DNA of 64,000 nucleotides from Macrostomum hystrix (Eukaryota; Animalia; Platyhelminthes). Location of the stretch: positions 3,844,001-3,908,000 of the forward strand of contig CATNEN010000002.1 of assembly GCA_950097015.1 (NCBI GenBank), read 5' to 3'. The translations under genes and the position numbers were made by a program. Below the pieces are notes generated by a model. That model ran no database searches. It was not told where the DNA came from and saw only the letters and a program-made list of their open reading frames with translations. Position 1 is the stretch's first letter, and every line of letters starts with the position of its first letter. Of this stretch, positions 46,277 through 58,868 are shown one piece after another.

Positions 46277-49200
46277 TTCTTCGTGCGTGGCTGAAAGGCT
46301 GACGGAGCGGTTTCAGTTGACTTCTTTGCTGACGAAAGTTATAATGGAATTCTACACTATCCTGTCTAACAAAAGTTCTTGTACGGTTGCTTCTGTTGCT
46401 TCTAGTATCCATAATTTCCATCCGATTCAAATGAAAATTAGTGCAAATGAAAGCTGGGAATCTCTGCAACATTTTCTGTTTCACCGTATTGTTTTATTCT
46501 GGAGTGGCTCGGAACAGCTTGCCGTTTAGCACAGACAGGTCTAATAAAAAAGTGACAGAATGACATAGAGCAAGCAGTCTATGGCCAACTTTCTTCTTAT
46601 GACTCACAACAGGTATGTCTCTCAGAAAGGAAGTCATGGAACTTTGCGAGGAAGCACAGGGTTATACAGTGTGCGACAGTTTAGGCCATAGACATGTCGC
46701 CTGGTGTGAAGAAGTAAAGCAAACCCCACACACAGAGCGATCGATCGACAGAAGGCTTCCTAGACACTGTGTGGAGTTTGTCAGCGCGTGAAGAAAGTTC
46801 GAGGTCATGATCGAGGTCATGTACTTACTAAACTTCTGCTATACTACTTACTGAACTACGATTTGAGTAGTCAAGTTTTGTTAGATGGTATGATTCAATA
46901 AACCACACGATCAAAGACAGCAAAAAACTCCACTCCAGTTTATTGACTGTAGCAAAAAACTCGGAAAATTTTAGTCTTCATTTTCAATTAAGTGCAGCTA
47001 TTGGCAGACAATGTACAGCTTTATCTTTATTGATAGACCAATCCTTCATTTAAATAACGGTTGCCAAGGACGCAACACTAGAATACACACTGGTATAGAT
47101 ATCTCATTATGCGTTGTCAAGCAAACGGCATTATGGTCTCTCGATTCTAACCTTGGACATTGAGTTTACTTCTACTCGTACTAATTTAAGCATACTCGTA
47201 CGAGTACTTGCTTCCGCCAACTTCCTACTAGCGCATGTCGTGGATTTTAGAGGCTGTAAATTACTGGAGTCACATGAATAGCCATCTATCACCAGAAGGT
47301 GTGGCTGGTGGAGTAGTAAATGCTATGCAGGTATATATTATATATGTACTCTTAATGGTACCGCAACTTTTCTATGGTTCCTATTCACTATAGGAACTCG
47401 CAGCCAATCATGAATGTGCACATTTGCAACGCCAGCCGCAGCCTAGGCATTTGCATATGGGACGGAGCCACTCACTTTCGAGGCCTGTACATCGCCAGGC
47501 GTTCCGTGAGCGGCTCAGCGTACATGGTACATTGTGACACGCTCACCTTCGACCCGATTCCCATCTCATTTGTTGAACTATTTTTTTCTTAATTAGCAAG
47601 ATGCTTAAATTGATTTACACTCACTCAGTTTAATAGCTAACCAGCAGTAGCTAGGGTAATATAAGTTTTCGTGTGATATCCCCCAGTCCATGGACTGAAC
47701 AGCTATCAGCAGCCAAACTCTAGATCGTTACATGGTTGCCAGCAGTCTATGATATAAAATAAATTTGTTGTCAAGTAAAATGAATTTTATGCTATAATGA
47801 CTCTCATGCATACCTAGCTATATACAATGGTACAATATTTTAAAACAAAACTGCCAACAAATAGTTTTCGGAATTTGTTTAAATGCAGATTTTTTAGTTG
47901 GATCGGTATGCTGCGCATTGTTAAATGAGAAGCTATTGGAAGGGCTTAAATAATACATTTGTTCATTATCCCAACTGTATCACTCTTTTAACAGACACAC
48001 ACAGGAGGTCGCTTTTAGCTCGTATATTATTCAGCTTTATCATGTGGGGTTTTTCTAATTGTCCCAACGTGTCACCATTTGAGCTCTTGATAAACACTTT
48101 TGAGAGAGAGAGAGAGAGAGAGAGAAGAAGCCGTAGCAGAAACAATGCAGTCTTGATGCAGTCAGTAGAGCTTTGATCAGGGCGAGTACTTAATTGTTAT
48201 ATTTTTCATTGGGCGCCATGTAACGATTTCTTATGCAACAAATTGAGTCCTGGCAGTAAGAGCCCGTTCATACGGCAGTGAGTAAATTCAGGCCGAGCAG
48301 CTCGCGGCCGCCGGCTAGCCGACACTTCCACTAGTCAAAAAATACTCGGCTAGCCGGGTGAATCCATGTGGACCCACGGGGGGGTAGGGGGTAGGGGGTA
48401 GACGTCCGATAAATTTTACATGGATCATGCTACTCGTCTACTGCAAGTAGAAAGTATGAAATATGAAGTATGTAACTGGCTATCTAAATATTTTTCCTTT
48501 GCACTGATAATCATTTATTTCCAAACATATAGGCAAGCAAACCACAGTTCATACTAATTAATACAATACAACTAAAGCTGAATGAGTTTAGATGGGACTT
48601 ACTGATTAAGTGGATTTTACGTGTAATAGATATATGACGCTTTTCTATCGTGCTAAGTAAGAACCAAGAAGTGATCACCCCGTCTCAAACAAATGATACT
48701 TCCACCTTAACAGCGAGGGCTTAATGGCTTATCAGAAGCCAGAACTAAAATTACAACACATCCACTGTATAAAATGGCTATAAAACGAAATAATTAGTAA
48801 ATATTTAGCATCACAATAAAATATCGGATCAAAAAAATTCATTAGTAAAAATAATACGGAAAAAATTCGAACCCCCCTCGTAACACTTAAACAGAGCGCT
48901 CTTTCTATCAACACGCCACACAGGTTGAGTTATACATGCATAGAAAGACATATTTATACTAGTTATAAGACAAAAACAAAATCAAATCATTTTTATTTTA
49001 ATTTTAAATTACTCATATTTATATAACTTGGTTGCTAGATTATATTGGCTTTATTTTTGACGGCAGTTAATTGAAAAATTAAATTAAAGCTGTTTTACCC
49101 AGCTCTCCAACCCGTAAAATAGGCTTTTCATTCTACCCAGAATTCCAGAACCAGAATCAGTTCTAAAATTCCAGAAAGTATAGCGGTATAACTCTACAGT

Positions 49201-50476
49201 GCCTTAAAAGAAACGAAACAGAAACAAGTAAGACTGATTATGTACTCGTAATTATTTATGACAATGATCCGAATAAGGTATTAGCAAAAAATAGCTCGCT
49301 GTGGGTCTAGTGTCACTAAATGATGTGCCATTGCCCGCAGTCCTTCTGCAATCATTCTCAATATAATTGTATTCATTTGTCTATAGAATTCGTCACTTTT
49401 TTAGTGTTACATGGGAAGAAAGAATTGTATTTTTATAAATACTCTTTTTACATGTCAAAAACGAGTCTGAATAGTCCGGATTTTACGTCAATTTCATAAC
49501 TTTACGTGCGTATGGTATAACAAATAATTATACAGAACTAAGTATGCGCATTAAAAAAAGTGTATTAGTACTTCTCAAAAAAAGATTTTCTTAGTTACGT
49601 TGTAGTATAATTTTTTATTTAAGTTTTTATTTAATAGTTTAGAATTGTTTAAATAAAAAACGCGCCCTAATGCGCTGCGCCACCAAACTAGTTTAGTTGG
49701 CATTTTACACTTAGGATATCATTACATCCATAACAGATTGTACTTTACTGTGTCTAGAGAAGGTATTTTTTAAAGTTACTTTGTCAATTTAAGTATTGAA
49801 ATTTTCTATTAATTTTTTTATAACAAAGGTAAGCAATGTTTTTTCGTTTTAAATTTAGTTACTAGTACTACTTATGCCAGCAAATCGAAATCCCAATCCA
49901 ATTGTTTTGATTTTCAACATTTATTAACTGACACAATGAAAATGTTACATGTAAAGTTAATAATAGATGTTAGTTAAAACCTAAGACTAAACTACTAAGA
50001 GTGTTACTAATGCAACTTATATCCAAATTATCAGTCAGTGGTCTGGCTGACTAGCTAAATTTTTTAAACCAAAATGATAATTGCTATAAAGTATAGACTT
50101 CAAGTTTTTAATACATTTTAACTTTGCTTGCTTTTTGGGCTTCTTGAACTTTGACTTACTAGACTTAGCTGCAGGGTGGTCCATGGACCCAGCGGGGAGG
50201 CGAGGGTCTCTTGAACTTTAGGTCTATATAAAATAGTTCTTGTTTTGATAGGATGATAAATCTGTGGCTACTAAGGCTTTTTGATGTGCTGATTTCATTT
50301 TTAATCAGATTTGTTATAGCTTTAACCCCCTACCATGCCATAGTCAGAAAAGTGGTAGAGTGCATGTCAAAACAATTTTTTGCTCCTCCCAAAATTGTAC
50401 AACGTTACTACCTGCCTTGCAACAATAATAATTAATATACCTGGCATAAATAATGTGGTGTGGAATTTTTCATAAT

Positions 50477-50960
50477 GGCAGTGCTTATCCCCATGGTACT
50501 GTAGAAATAATTTTTGTCTTTTTCCTATGGTACCGTGGGAATAATTTCCTGCTTATCCGCACGGCACACTGATAAGATAGCTGTCCTAATCATCTATCTT
50601 TTTATCGTGACTGCAATTTTTTTTTCTTCGGGTTTTTAAAAGCAAGTAAACAAATAAAAGTTTTCTGCTTTTTTCGCAATTAGTTAACCAATACGGTGGC
50701 TTTTTAAGTATATAAAATATATATTGCTATTATTTATATATTTAAAAGAATACAACTGAAGTGTGTATTTTTCTAATCTTATAGCTCAAGCCTTCTAAGC
50801 CTATAATCCAGTCTATTACTTTACGCATCTCTGGAGCTATGTTGAAGATAGGACAGCTATCTCGTCAGTGTGCCATGCAGATAAGCAGGAAATTATTCCC
50901 ACTGTACTGTAGGAATAAGACAAAAATTATTTCTACGGTACCGTGGGGATAAGCACTGCC
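50477..50960. mobile_element. Mutator-like MITE, 484 bp
   Basis: TIRs of about 115 bp starting GGCAGTGCTTATCCCC and a perfect 9-bp TSD TTTCATAAT (50468-50476 and 50961-50969). Confidence 0.9.
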
Positions 50961-52009
50961 TTTCATAATTGTCTTTGGCCATAACCAGCTCGGCAGCATC
51001 CAAAGAGCAGAAAGAATCGCAGCTACATTTCTAACCTTTATTAGTGACTTCAATCAGGCATTATTTCCAAGCTTCCAACTTCCAAGCATTCTGTAGCATT
51101 TTTTACTAGATTTGTCACTATATACCCTGTGGCTATATAACAGCCAAGTAAACTAAACTAAACTGAACTGAACTGAATTGAACTGAATTGTTACGAATAC
51201 TATAAACTGAATTGTTTCTGCAGTGCACTTTTTGTTTCATTTAGCGCAATTTTAAATTTATTCATAAAAATAATTTTGCAAACAAAAGTAAATTTATGCC
51301 ATGCGCTTGTACACCTTTTTATAGAACAGCAACCCTTTTGTGACATAATATTCTCACTAGGCCCTACCCCTATAATATTTTTATATTATTATGGTACAGG
51401 CATACATAATACAAGAGTTACAAGATGAAATAAGATTATTATGGTCAGTACTGATTATATTATAAGAAATTGAGATTATCAAACCAAAAAAAGAAACAAA
51501 GGAAATTTAAATTTAAATTAACTCAAATTTTAAAGCATAAAGTAGGCACTAAAGCTTCGTATTTCAGTTTGAGTCTTAAATTAAAGTGCATAAGAAATAG
51601 TGCAATAAAATGGTTTTATTTTGTAATTCTAATTTTTTTCTTACACACAGATGGTTCTAACTGGTGCCAATGTGTTTTTGCAAAACAAAGGAAAGGCAGG
51701 TAAGTTTTCTTATGGTCAGTATTACTTAAAAATATACTACAGGGATATATAGTAAGACTAGAACTCAAGAAATAGTAATGTATGAGTAGGCAGCATTATT
51801 TTTAATACAAAACATTTTAGTCCATTTATGCAGCATAACATTGTTTTTTTCTAAAAGTCTTGAATATTGTTGTATTTTCTAGGCTACATCATATGTTATA
51901 TTCTCTGTGGGGTGCATCTATTAATTTACATAAAAGCTAGAAATAAATAAATATAATAATTAGTCACTATGTTTTGGTAAAATTTAAAAATTCAAATCTT
52001 CCTTTAATT

Positions 52010-52902
52010 CTAGTGTGGACCGCCGAACTGCGTCGCGAGTATATGAGTCTGCCAATCGAAGAAAAGCGACGTCTTCAAGAAGAAGCTAAAAATCAGCAGA
52101 AGAAAATAAGAAAAGTGGTAAATGATTTAAAACGTACAGGTGAGACATACGTACTTATTATATTAACCCGACGTGGAACCGATTTTACCACGTCCAATGA
52201 CATATCGCCTAATGTTAGAAGCGCTATGGAGCCCCATATAAATAAAATAGCAGAACTAATGGATGACGCGAAAAAAGCAGAACAACAAAATATGGCAAAT
52301 GAGCGCAGTGATGTTCAGCTTGCTGAAACTAGTCAGCCACGAAACCTAGCTTCTGTTTATAGCGATGTGAAAAAAATGCGACAAGAAATTTTTTAAGGGC
52401 TAAAATTGCACATAAAACAGCGACAGGTTTCGACGGCAAGATTCCATGGAGCCTTGTCGGAAAAAGTTGCAAATTCATTCCAGAATTGAAGGACCCCCAT
52501 CACTTATCCAGAGAAAAATGTGTAGCCATTTTAAAGGAACTCGAAAATACAGAACTGACATTTTGTAATTCAGTTTCCATTGATGTATCACCTGATCATG
52601 ATACACCAATAAGTGCCTCTCATCTGCATCAACAACAGGCTCAAGTGATGGAAGAAGGGCTACAAGTCGATGACTACCATAATATCACCACAAGTGACTT
52701 GGAGAGTGAAGGAGATACGGCACTGACTTCTGTAACCGCGAAATATCGGCAACACTTTCACGAAAGTGAAAGTTCAACAAATTTTAATCCTTTCAATACT
52801 CCATTTGTAGATGACGCAAATAGACTTGCTCAGTCATCTTTATATGGGGCGAGCTCTGCACCCAACATTACGCTTAGACTAGATACTAGACAAACGGAAT
52901 GA
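52010..52902 (+). pseudogene. Frameshifted ORF of unknown function inside the large TIR element
   Basis: Two coding-looking frames (WTAELRREYMSLPIEEKRRLQEEA... and ...KIPWSLV...LKDPHHLSREKC...) join if one T is added in the T6 run near 52389-52394. It ends about 175 bp before the TIR array. Confidence 0.55.
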
Positions 52903-53076
52903 AATTTTAATATGAAACAATTATTAGAGGCCCACACGACGCCAATAGCTTAATATTAGATAGTATAATATTTAAGATGCAATATGCTATGGTTTTCAAT
53001 GTTTTCAGCCGAAAATAGTCACTGTGCAGAGAGCTGCTATCTTTACAGGGACTAGAGTCTATATTCTGTCAAATAT

Positions 53077-53870
53077 TGCTGGGATTGTCAATGTGCATTT
53101 ATTGCTTTGACATTTTTCCTCTGCATAAAACTAATGCTGGGATTGTCACTGTGCATTCATTGCTTTGACATTTTTCCTCTGCATAAAACTAATGCTGGGA
53201 TTGTCAATGTGCATTCATTGCTTTGACATTTTTCCCTCTGCATAAAACTAATGCTGGGATTGTCACTGTGCATTCATTGCTTTGACATTTTTCCTCTGCA
53301 TAAAACTAATGCTGGGATTGTCAATGTGCATTCATTGCTTTGACATTTTTCCCTCTGCATAAAACTAATGCTGGGATTGTCAATGGGCATTCATTGCTTT
53401 GACATTTTTCCCTCTGCATAAAACTAATGCTGGGATTGTCACTGTGCATTCATTGCTTTGACATTTTTCCCTCTGCAAAAAACTAATGCTGGGATTGTCA
53501 ATGTGCATTTATTGCTTTGACATTTTTCCTCTGCATAAAACTAATGCTGGGATTGTCACTGTGCATTCATTGCTTTGACATTTTTCCCTCTGCATAAAAC
53601 TAATGCTGGGATTGTCACTGTGCATTCATTGCTTTGACATTTTTCCCTCTGCATAAAACTAATGCTGGGATTGTCAATGTGCATTCATTGCTTTGACATT
53701 TTTCCCTCTGCATAAAACTAATGCTGGGATTGTCAATGGGCATTCATTGCTTTGACATTTTCCCTCTGCATTTGTCAGATAAATTTTTCTTTCACGAACG
53801 TGACGCGCCTCATCGTGGCGTGAAAGTGAACAGTGCGCGTTTCAATCTTTTGCACTTGCCAAGACGTCAC
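53077..53870. mobile_element. Right end of an unclassified large TIR element: about 12 copies of a 58-59-bp unit plus a 100-bp unique terminus
   Basis: Unit AAACTAATGCTGGGATTGTCAATGTGCATTCATTGCTTTGACATTTTTCCCTCTGCATA. The terminus ends ...GCCAAGACGTCAC and is a near-perfect inverted match to 62474-63212. Confidence 0.85.
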
Positions 53871-54362
53871 ATAGAATTGATAATATGATGCTGCTGACTC
53901 ATAGAATTGATAATATGATGCTGCTGACTTATAGAATTGATAATATGATGCTGCTGTCACATAGAATTGATAATATCATGCTGCTGACTTATAGAATTGA
54001 TAATATGATGCTGCTGTCACATAGAATTGATAATATGATGCTGCTGACACATAGAATTGATAATATGATGCTGCTGACTTACAGAATTGATAATATGATG
54101 CTGCTGTCACATAGAATTAATAATATGATGCTGCTGACTTATAGAATTGATAATATGATGATGCTGACACATAGAATTGATAATATGATGCTGCTGTCAC
54201 ATAGAATTGATAATATGATGCTGCTGACACATAGAATTGATAATATGATGCTGCTGTCACATAGAATTGATAATATGATGCTGCTGACTTATAGAATTGA
54301 TAATATGATGTTGCTAACTTATAGAATTGATAATATGATGCTGCTGTCACATAGAATTGATG
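53871..54362. repeat. 30-bp minisatellite (ATAGAATTGATAATATGATGCTGCTGTCAC), about 16 copies
   Basis: Direct periodicity, starting exactly at the TIR terminus. Confidence 0.96.
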
Positions 54363-54654
54363 AGGTGATGTTGCTGATGGTGTGATCCAGTTGAGCCTCT
54401 GCGCCTTAAGTATCGACCGAAGCCGCGCAGTCCGAACCACATATACAAATTGTCGCTAAGTTGTCGCTACCTGCTCTCGGATGAGCTAACCTACGCGGAT
54501 TGCCAACTCATGCCTAAACTGCATCATCTGAAAATGGCCGCTAAGGTAGAATTCCCTGTTTGTCTGCCAGGGTTCGAATGCTTTTTTAATCTCAGAGTCT
54601 ATTTAGCTCCAGCGGGCTAAAGATAGATTCTAAAATGAATGCGGGTCGGTATTG

Positions 54655-54955
54655 ACTGTGAAATCAGATAGGAAAGAGATGAGACAGGATAAAGATGAGA
54701 CAGGCGAGAGATGTGACATGGAAGATGTAAGACACGGCACAGTTTTATACAGAGGAGAGATAAGACGGGAGATAAAACAGGGAAGATATGAGACAGTGAA
54801 GACATGAATCAGGGCCAAGATGCATGTGACAGTGTTCAGATTAGACAGAGGAGAGATGAGACAGGGGTGAGGTGAGATCGGAGAGACGAGACAGGGGTGA
54901 GGTGAGATCGGAGAGATGAGACGTCTTGGGTGAGATCAGAGAGATGAGACAGGCG
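54655..54955. repeat. Purine-rich low-complexity GAGATGAGACAGG repeats
   Basis: Imperfect direct repeats, directly visible. Confidence 0.7.
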
Positions 54956-55007
54956 TGATTCAATTGTTCGCATCGTCGATACATTTCAGTTCTATCGCGA
55001 CTTCGAT

Positions 55008-55238
55008 GTGCCATCAGAGCTGCAGCATCTGCAAGCCTATTATTCGGCCATGTACGAATGCGAGGCCTTCCGTTGTAGCTGTCCGGCCGACCGTGACGTC
55101 TATCAGTTGTACCACGACAAGCTGCCTCGCGCATTGGTTGCTAAGAGACCGCAGCCCAGCCTGATGGACGACTCGCGGCTGTTGCTAGGCGAGAGCGGCA
55201 CCGGTGGCATTGGCAACAATGGTGCCGGCGTACATTGA
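55008..55238 (+). CDS. Possible N-terminal exon of the methyltransferase-like gene
   Basis: GC-rich coding-like island (AYYSAMYECEAFRCSCPADRDVYQLYHDKLPRALV). Linkage to the 57.4-kb exon is inferred only. Confidence 0.35.
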   Translation: MPSELQHLQAYYSAMYECEAFRCSCPADRDVYQLYHDKLPRALVAKRPQPSLMDDSRLLLGESGTGGIGNNGAGVH

Positions 55239-56392
55239 TGGGCTAACATTTATTTAGGTAGAAAATTAGGCAAGTTTTGTTCGTTTTTCTCTAGCGAAAA
55301 TGCGACAGCTGCTTTTTAATTTTTTTAGTTTTTTTATGGTAAAAATGACTTTAAACGATTAATAATTTTAGTTTTTACTAATACTAATTCGGGTGTATCT
55401 CCGTACTCAGTAAGATAAAAACTGCGATTTTTGTCGCCGCTTGCTTGTCTGTAAACTACAATGCCTATAAGTACTTATACATTCATCCTTTGCGTGTGTT
55501 TTTCTGAACTAAAAGCATTCGATTTTTTATAAATATTACGAGGGGTGTCCCAAAAGTTCCCGGAATGTCCAACGTTGCTCTTCAACGGAGCCATGAAATT
55601 TCACGCCCATGGTGTCAAATGAAAGGAAATTTTGTCAGAAAGAAAACAAAATTAAAATCATGTTCTTATCTTTTTCTATTCAGGAGCTGCAGCAAGAAAC
55701 GTGCGCGAAGGTCAGGGGTAGTGTTACACAAGCTCAAAAATCTATGAAAATGATTTTAAACAATAAAACACAGAACAGTTCGTTCACACTTTCCATAGAC
55801 ACTGCCACGTCTTTCTGACACGTCAGTAGCAGTGCCAGTATCAGTATCAGTATCAGTAGCACTAATTCAAAATGGAAATATCCAAAAATGGAGATGAAAA
55901 ATGATTGCCATAAATTTTGGAGCTTGTGTTAGTGCTCCGAAAGTTATTTTACTAAGCTCCACGAATGTAATTAAGTATGAGCATATATGTTTACAATGTC
56001 TCGCTAATTAAATTCTATGCCAAATTAAATTCCCGTTCTTTTTTTTAACGTGCAAAGCTTTCTACAAAAATATAGTTAGCTAGTACAAACCTTTATTAAT
56101 TAATATAAAATTGTTATTCAGATATAGTGCACTGTTATTTTAATACTTTCTTATAGATATTGCAGTAGTAAAATACAAAAAACGTACCGTTCTTGTATTG
56201 TGTTAATGTTAGTTAGCTCTACTAATGCTCTGTTTTGTTATTTACTTATCGCTGCTCATCATATGCTCATTTTATTCCATTCAAATAAAGCAACAATTAG
56301 AAAAAAATTGTTGTTTGCTTCAATCATTTTGTGTAGTAAACAGCTGAGATAAGCTACAAAATTCCTACTCAATGAGCTTGTAACATTGGTTA

Positions 56393-56555
56393 GGGCCGGG
56401 TGAGTGGCAAATCGGTCTAACGCGTTGGCCTCTCGCACCGAGGTCCCTGAGCTCGATTCCGCGGCGAGGCCACATTCATTTTGAACGCAGCCGCGGAGAG
56501 AAGACTTAGGGGCACAGCGATAGTGTACACTGCCAGACGATGAGAAAGTCGGGCC
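56393..56555 (+). mobile_element. SINE family B, truncated copy
   Basis: CGGTCTAACGCGTTGGCCTCTCGCACCGAGGTCCCTGAGCTCGATTCCGCGGCGAGGCCACATTCA...GTGTACACTGCCAGACGATGAGAAAGTC. Confidence 0.85.
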
Positions 56556-56937
56556 CTATAAGCCCTATCTTATTACTGACGAATTTCCATAATTATTTCG
56601 ATATCGACTGCCTCTCTAAAAACATATTTGTTGAAATTAGTAAAATATTCTACTTTTGTTTTCCAGCCCGCCAGCCAGTTCGGCGATGTGGACCTCGGAG
56701 GGAAAGTACGTAGTGTCAACGAGCATCCAGTCTGGTAGATCAGTCACTGACTGGCTGACTGCTGACTGACTGCTGCTGCAGCATCATAGAAGCAACTATG
56801 ATGCTTCTCTAGAAATCATCATAGTTGCTTTGTTTCACGTGTTAAGACTTGGCAGCCGAATATTCGTCATTGACAATGACATCGAGCCGGTGCGCCAGCG
56901 GGAGTGCTTTAGTAAAATTGTTTGAAACCCGTTAAAC

Positions 56938-57085
56938 ATTATCAATTCTATGAGTAAGCAGCATCACCTTATCAATTCTATTAGTAAGCAGCATCACCTT
57001 ATCAATTTTATTAGTAAGCAGCATCACCTTATCAATTTTATTAGTAAGCAGCATCACCTTATCAATTCTATTAGTAAGCAGCCTC
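56938..57085. repeat. 30-bp repeat (TATCAATTCTATTAGTAAGCAGCATCACCT), about 4.5 copies; about 2 more copies at 58237-58290
   Basis: Direct repeats. The unit is the reverse complement relative of the 53871 array. Confidence 0.88.
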
Positions 57086-57362
57086 GCTTATCCTCTGTGT
57101 TTTTTTAAGCAATATGACTTCTTAATTAATTATTAATTAAGCCGGGTTAATCTCAATGTGTTTGATGTGTTTGTCTCCTATTTTCATTATTTTGCCTTTT
57201 CATACTCAGATAGAAATTCATGGCATAGACTCAGATCTCATTGGCCTAGATAGGATAGACTCAGGTGCTGTAGAGACTCAGATTCCATAGCCTGTGCTCA
57301 CAAAATATATTTTAAAAACATTTTTGTTGAAATTAGTAAAATATTCTACTTTTGTTTTCCAG

Positions 57363-58100
57363 TCAGTCAGGCGACAAAGGAAACTTAGGGTTCTACCAAT
57401 CTAGTGAATTTAGGGCCGCATACACAGTGTGCGAGCTCCCGAAGAAGCGGTTGTCCATTCGCCAGCTGATTCAAGCTGAGCTCTATGACGCCATCATGGG
57501 CTCAAACACCAGCAGCACCAGCTATGAGGTCCTGTCACTCGGCTGCGGCCCAGGCAGCGACCTTCTTGCCGCCATGGACGTGTTCCAGCTGGTGGCCAAG
57601 TCAGAGGGTCTGGGACCACTTCAGATGGGCGTCACCGGTGTCGACATGTTTGATTGGCTGCTCTAGCCATTCCATGAGGCAGCCGCAGCGTTAGCTCTGC
57701 AGTGGCTAATCAGCAGCTTCCCGGAGCAGTTTCACCTGGGCCACAGCCAGGGACAACTAAAACCCAAAGAAAAGTCTATAAGTCATGTCAGGTGCGCATC
57801 CGTTAACTTAATTTAATCTTGGTTTGTAGTTTGTATTTTATATATTATTGAAACGTTCGTTATAAATATGTTTGTTATAAATAAGTATATAAGGAATTGG
57901 CCCACGATGGAATGTCCCTGATTTTACTTCTCTGCTCTATTTATTTATTATTTATTAATTTTATTTATTAAAAAACTTAAATATATTTTTCATAATTTTC
58001 AATTTTTTATTACTAACTAGCAGACTACGGAGACTACGTGGGACTACGGATGTTGCTACGACCTTATCCTGCTGAGCTATGCCGAGGTGCGGCTCTAAGA
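57363..58100 (+). pseudogene. Disrupted class I SAM-dependent methyltransferase-like gene
   Basis: Follows a TTTTGTTTTCCAG acceptor. Contains motif I YEVLSLGCGPGSD and motif II-like VTGVDMF. An in-frame TAG at 57664-57666 is followed by more coding-like sequence, and a downstream YDLILLSY fragment lies near 58050-58085. Confidence 0.6.
57748..57765 (+). mobile_element. Solo terminal fragment of the P-like element
   Basis: CAGGGACAACTAAAACCC is an exact 18-bp match to the terminus at 43170. Confidence 0.6.
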
Positions 58101-58868
58101 CAAGTTTCGTCACCGACTGGCTGCCGCAGCTGCTAAAAGTGCAATAATTTGTGTTGTCATTTTTGCTATTAACGCTGTTGTTGATTATCTGCTGCTGGTG
58201 CTAGACGCAGATCTTAGGAAAATTGTTTGAAACCCTTATCAATTTTATGAGTAAGCAGCATCACCTTATCAATTCTATTAGTAAGCAGCCTCGCTTATCC
58301 TCTGTGTTTATTTGTTTATTAGGCTCTAACCTGTTTATTAAGTTCATTGAGTCGTTTATTCCTTCGTGTGAATCATCCCTTGTGTGGTTTGAGTCTGCGT
58401 TATTAGTAAACCAGCTATTACTTGCATGAGCGAAAACCCAGAGTCACTTGAGTTCAAATCTGAGGCGAGCAAAAGACATTACGCTCACCAATTTTAATAC
58501 TTTTGGCCTTTCTATTACCAGCGTTCTTTATTTTATTCGGCATTCTGCCTGAGCTCAGTGGGCAAGCTTCTACCCTCAACTTCATCTATCCCGTAACTTT
58601 CATCCGCTATGAGCTTCTAACGGAAGCAAGTGTAAAACATACCGACCCCGGTGATAGCCAAATAGGGCCTTAGCTTTAAAATCTCTTAATTTTTGTTATG
58701 CGTTTTAGAAAATTAGCAATTTTATTCATCAAAAGCTAAAAGTTAGTTTTTTGAAGTGCGAATATCGTTATTTTTTTAAGTTTCGGATGCTGAATTTTTG
58801 ACGGCACATCAGGGGCTATCCAATAACGGCATGCGCGATTCCAGATGTGCACCTGTTCTACAAACTTA

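Noticed and set aside
52385-52400. Programmed -1 frameshift at the T run
   Set aside because: In-frame ATT TTT TAA does not fit X XXY YYZ and no stimulatory structure is evident; an indel is simpler.
53885-54440. MMLLTHRIDN and SYYQFY repeat ORFs
   Set aside because: Translations of the 30-bp array.
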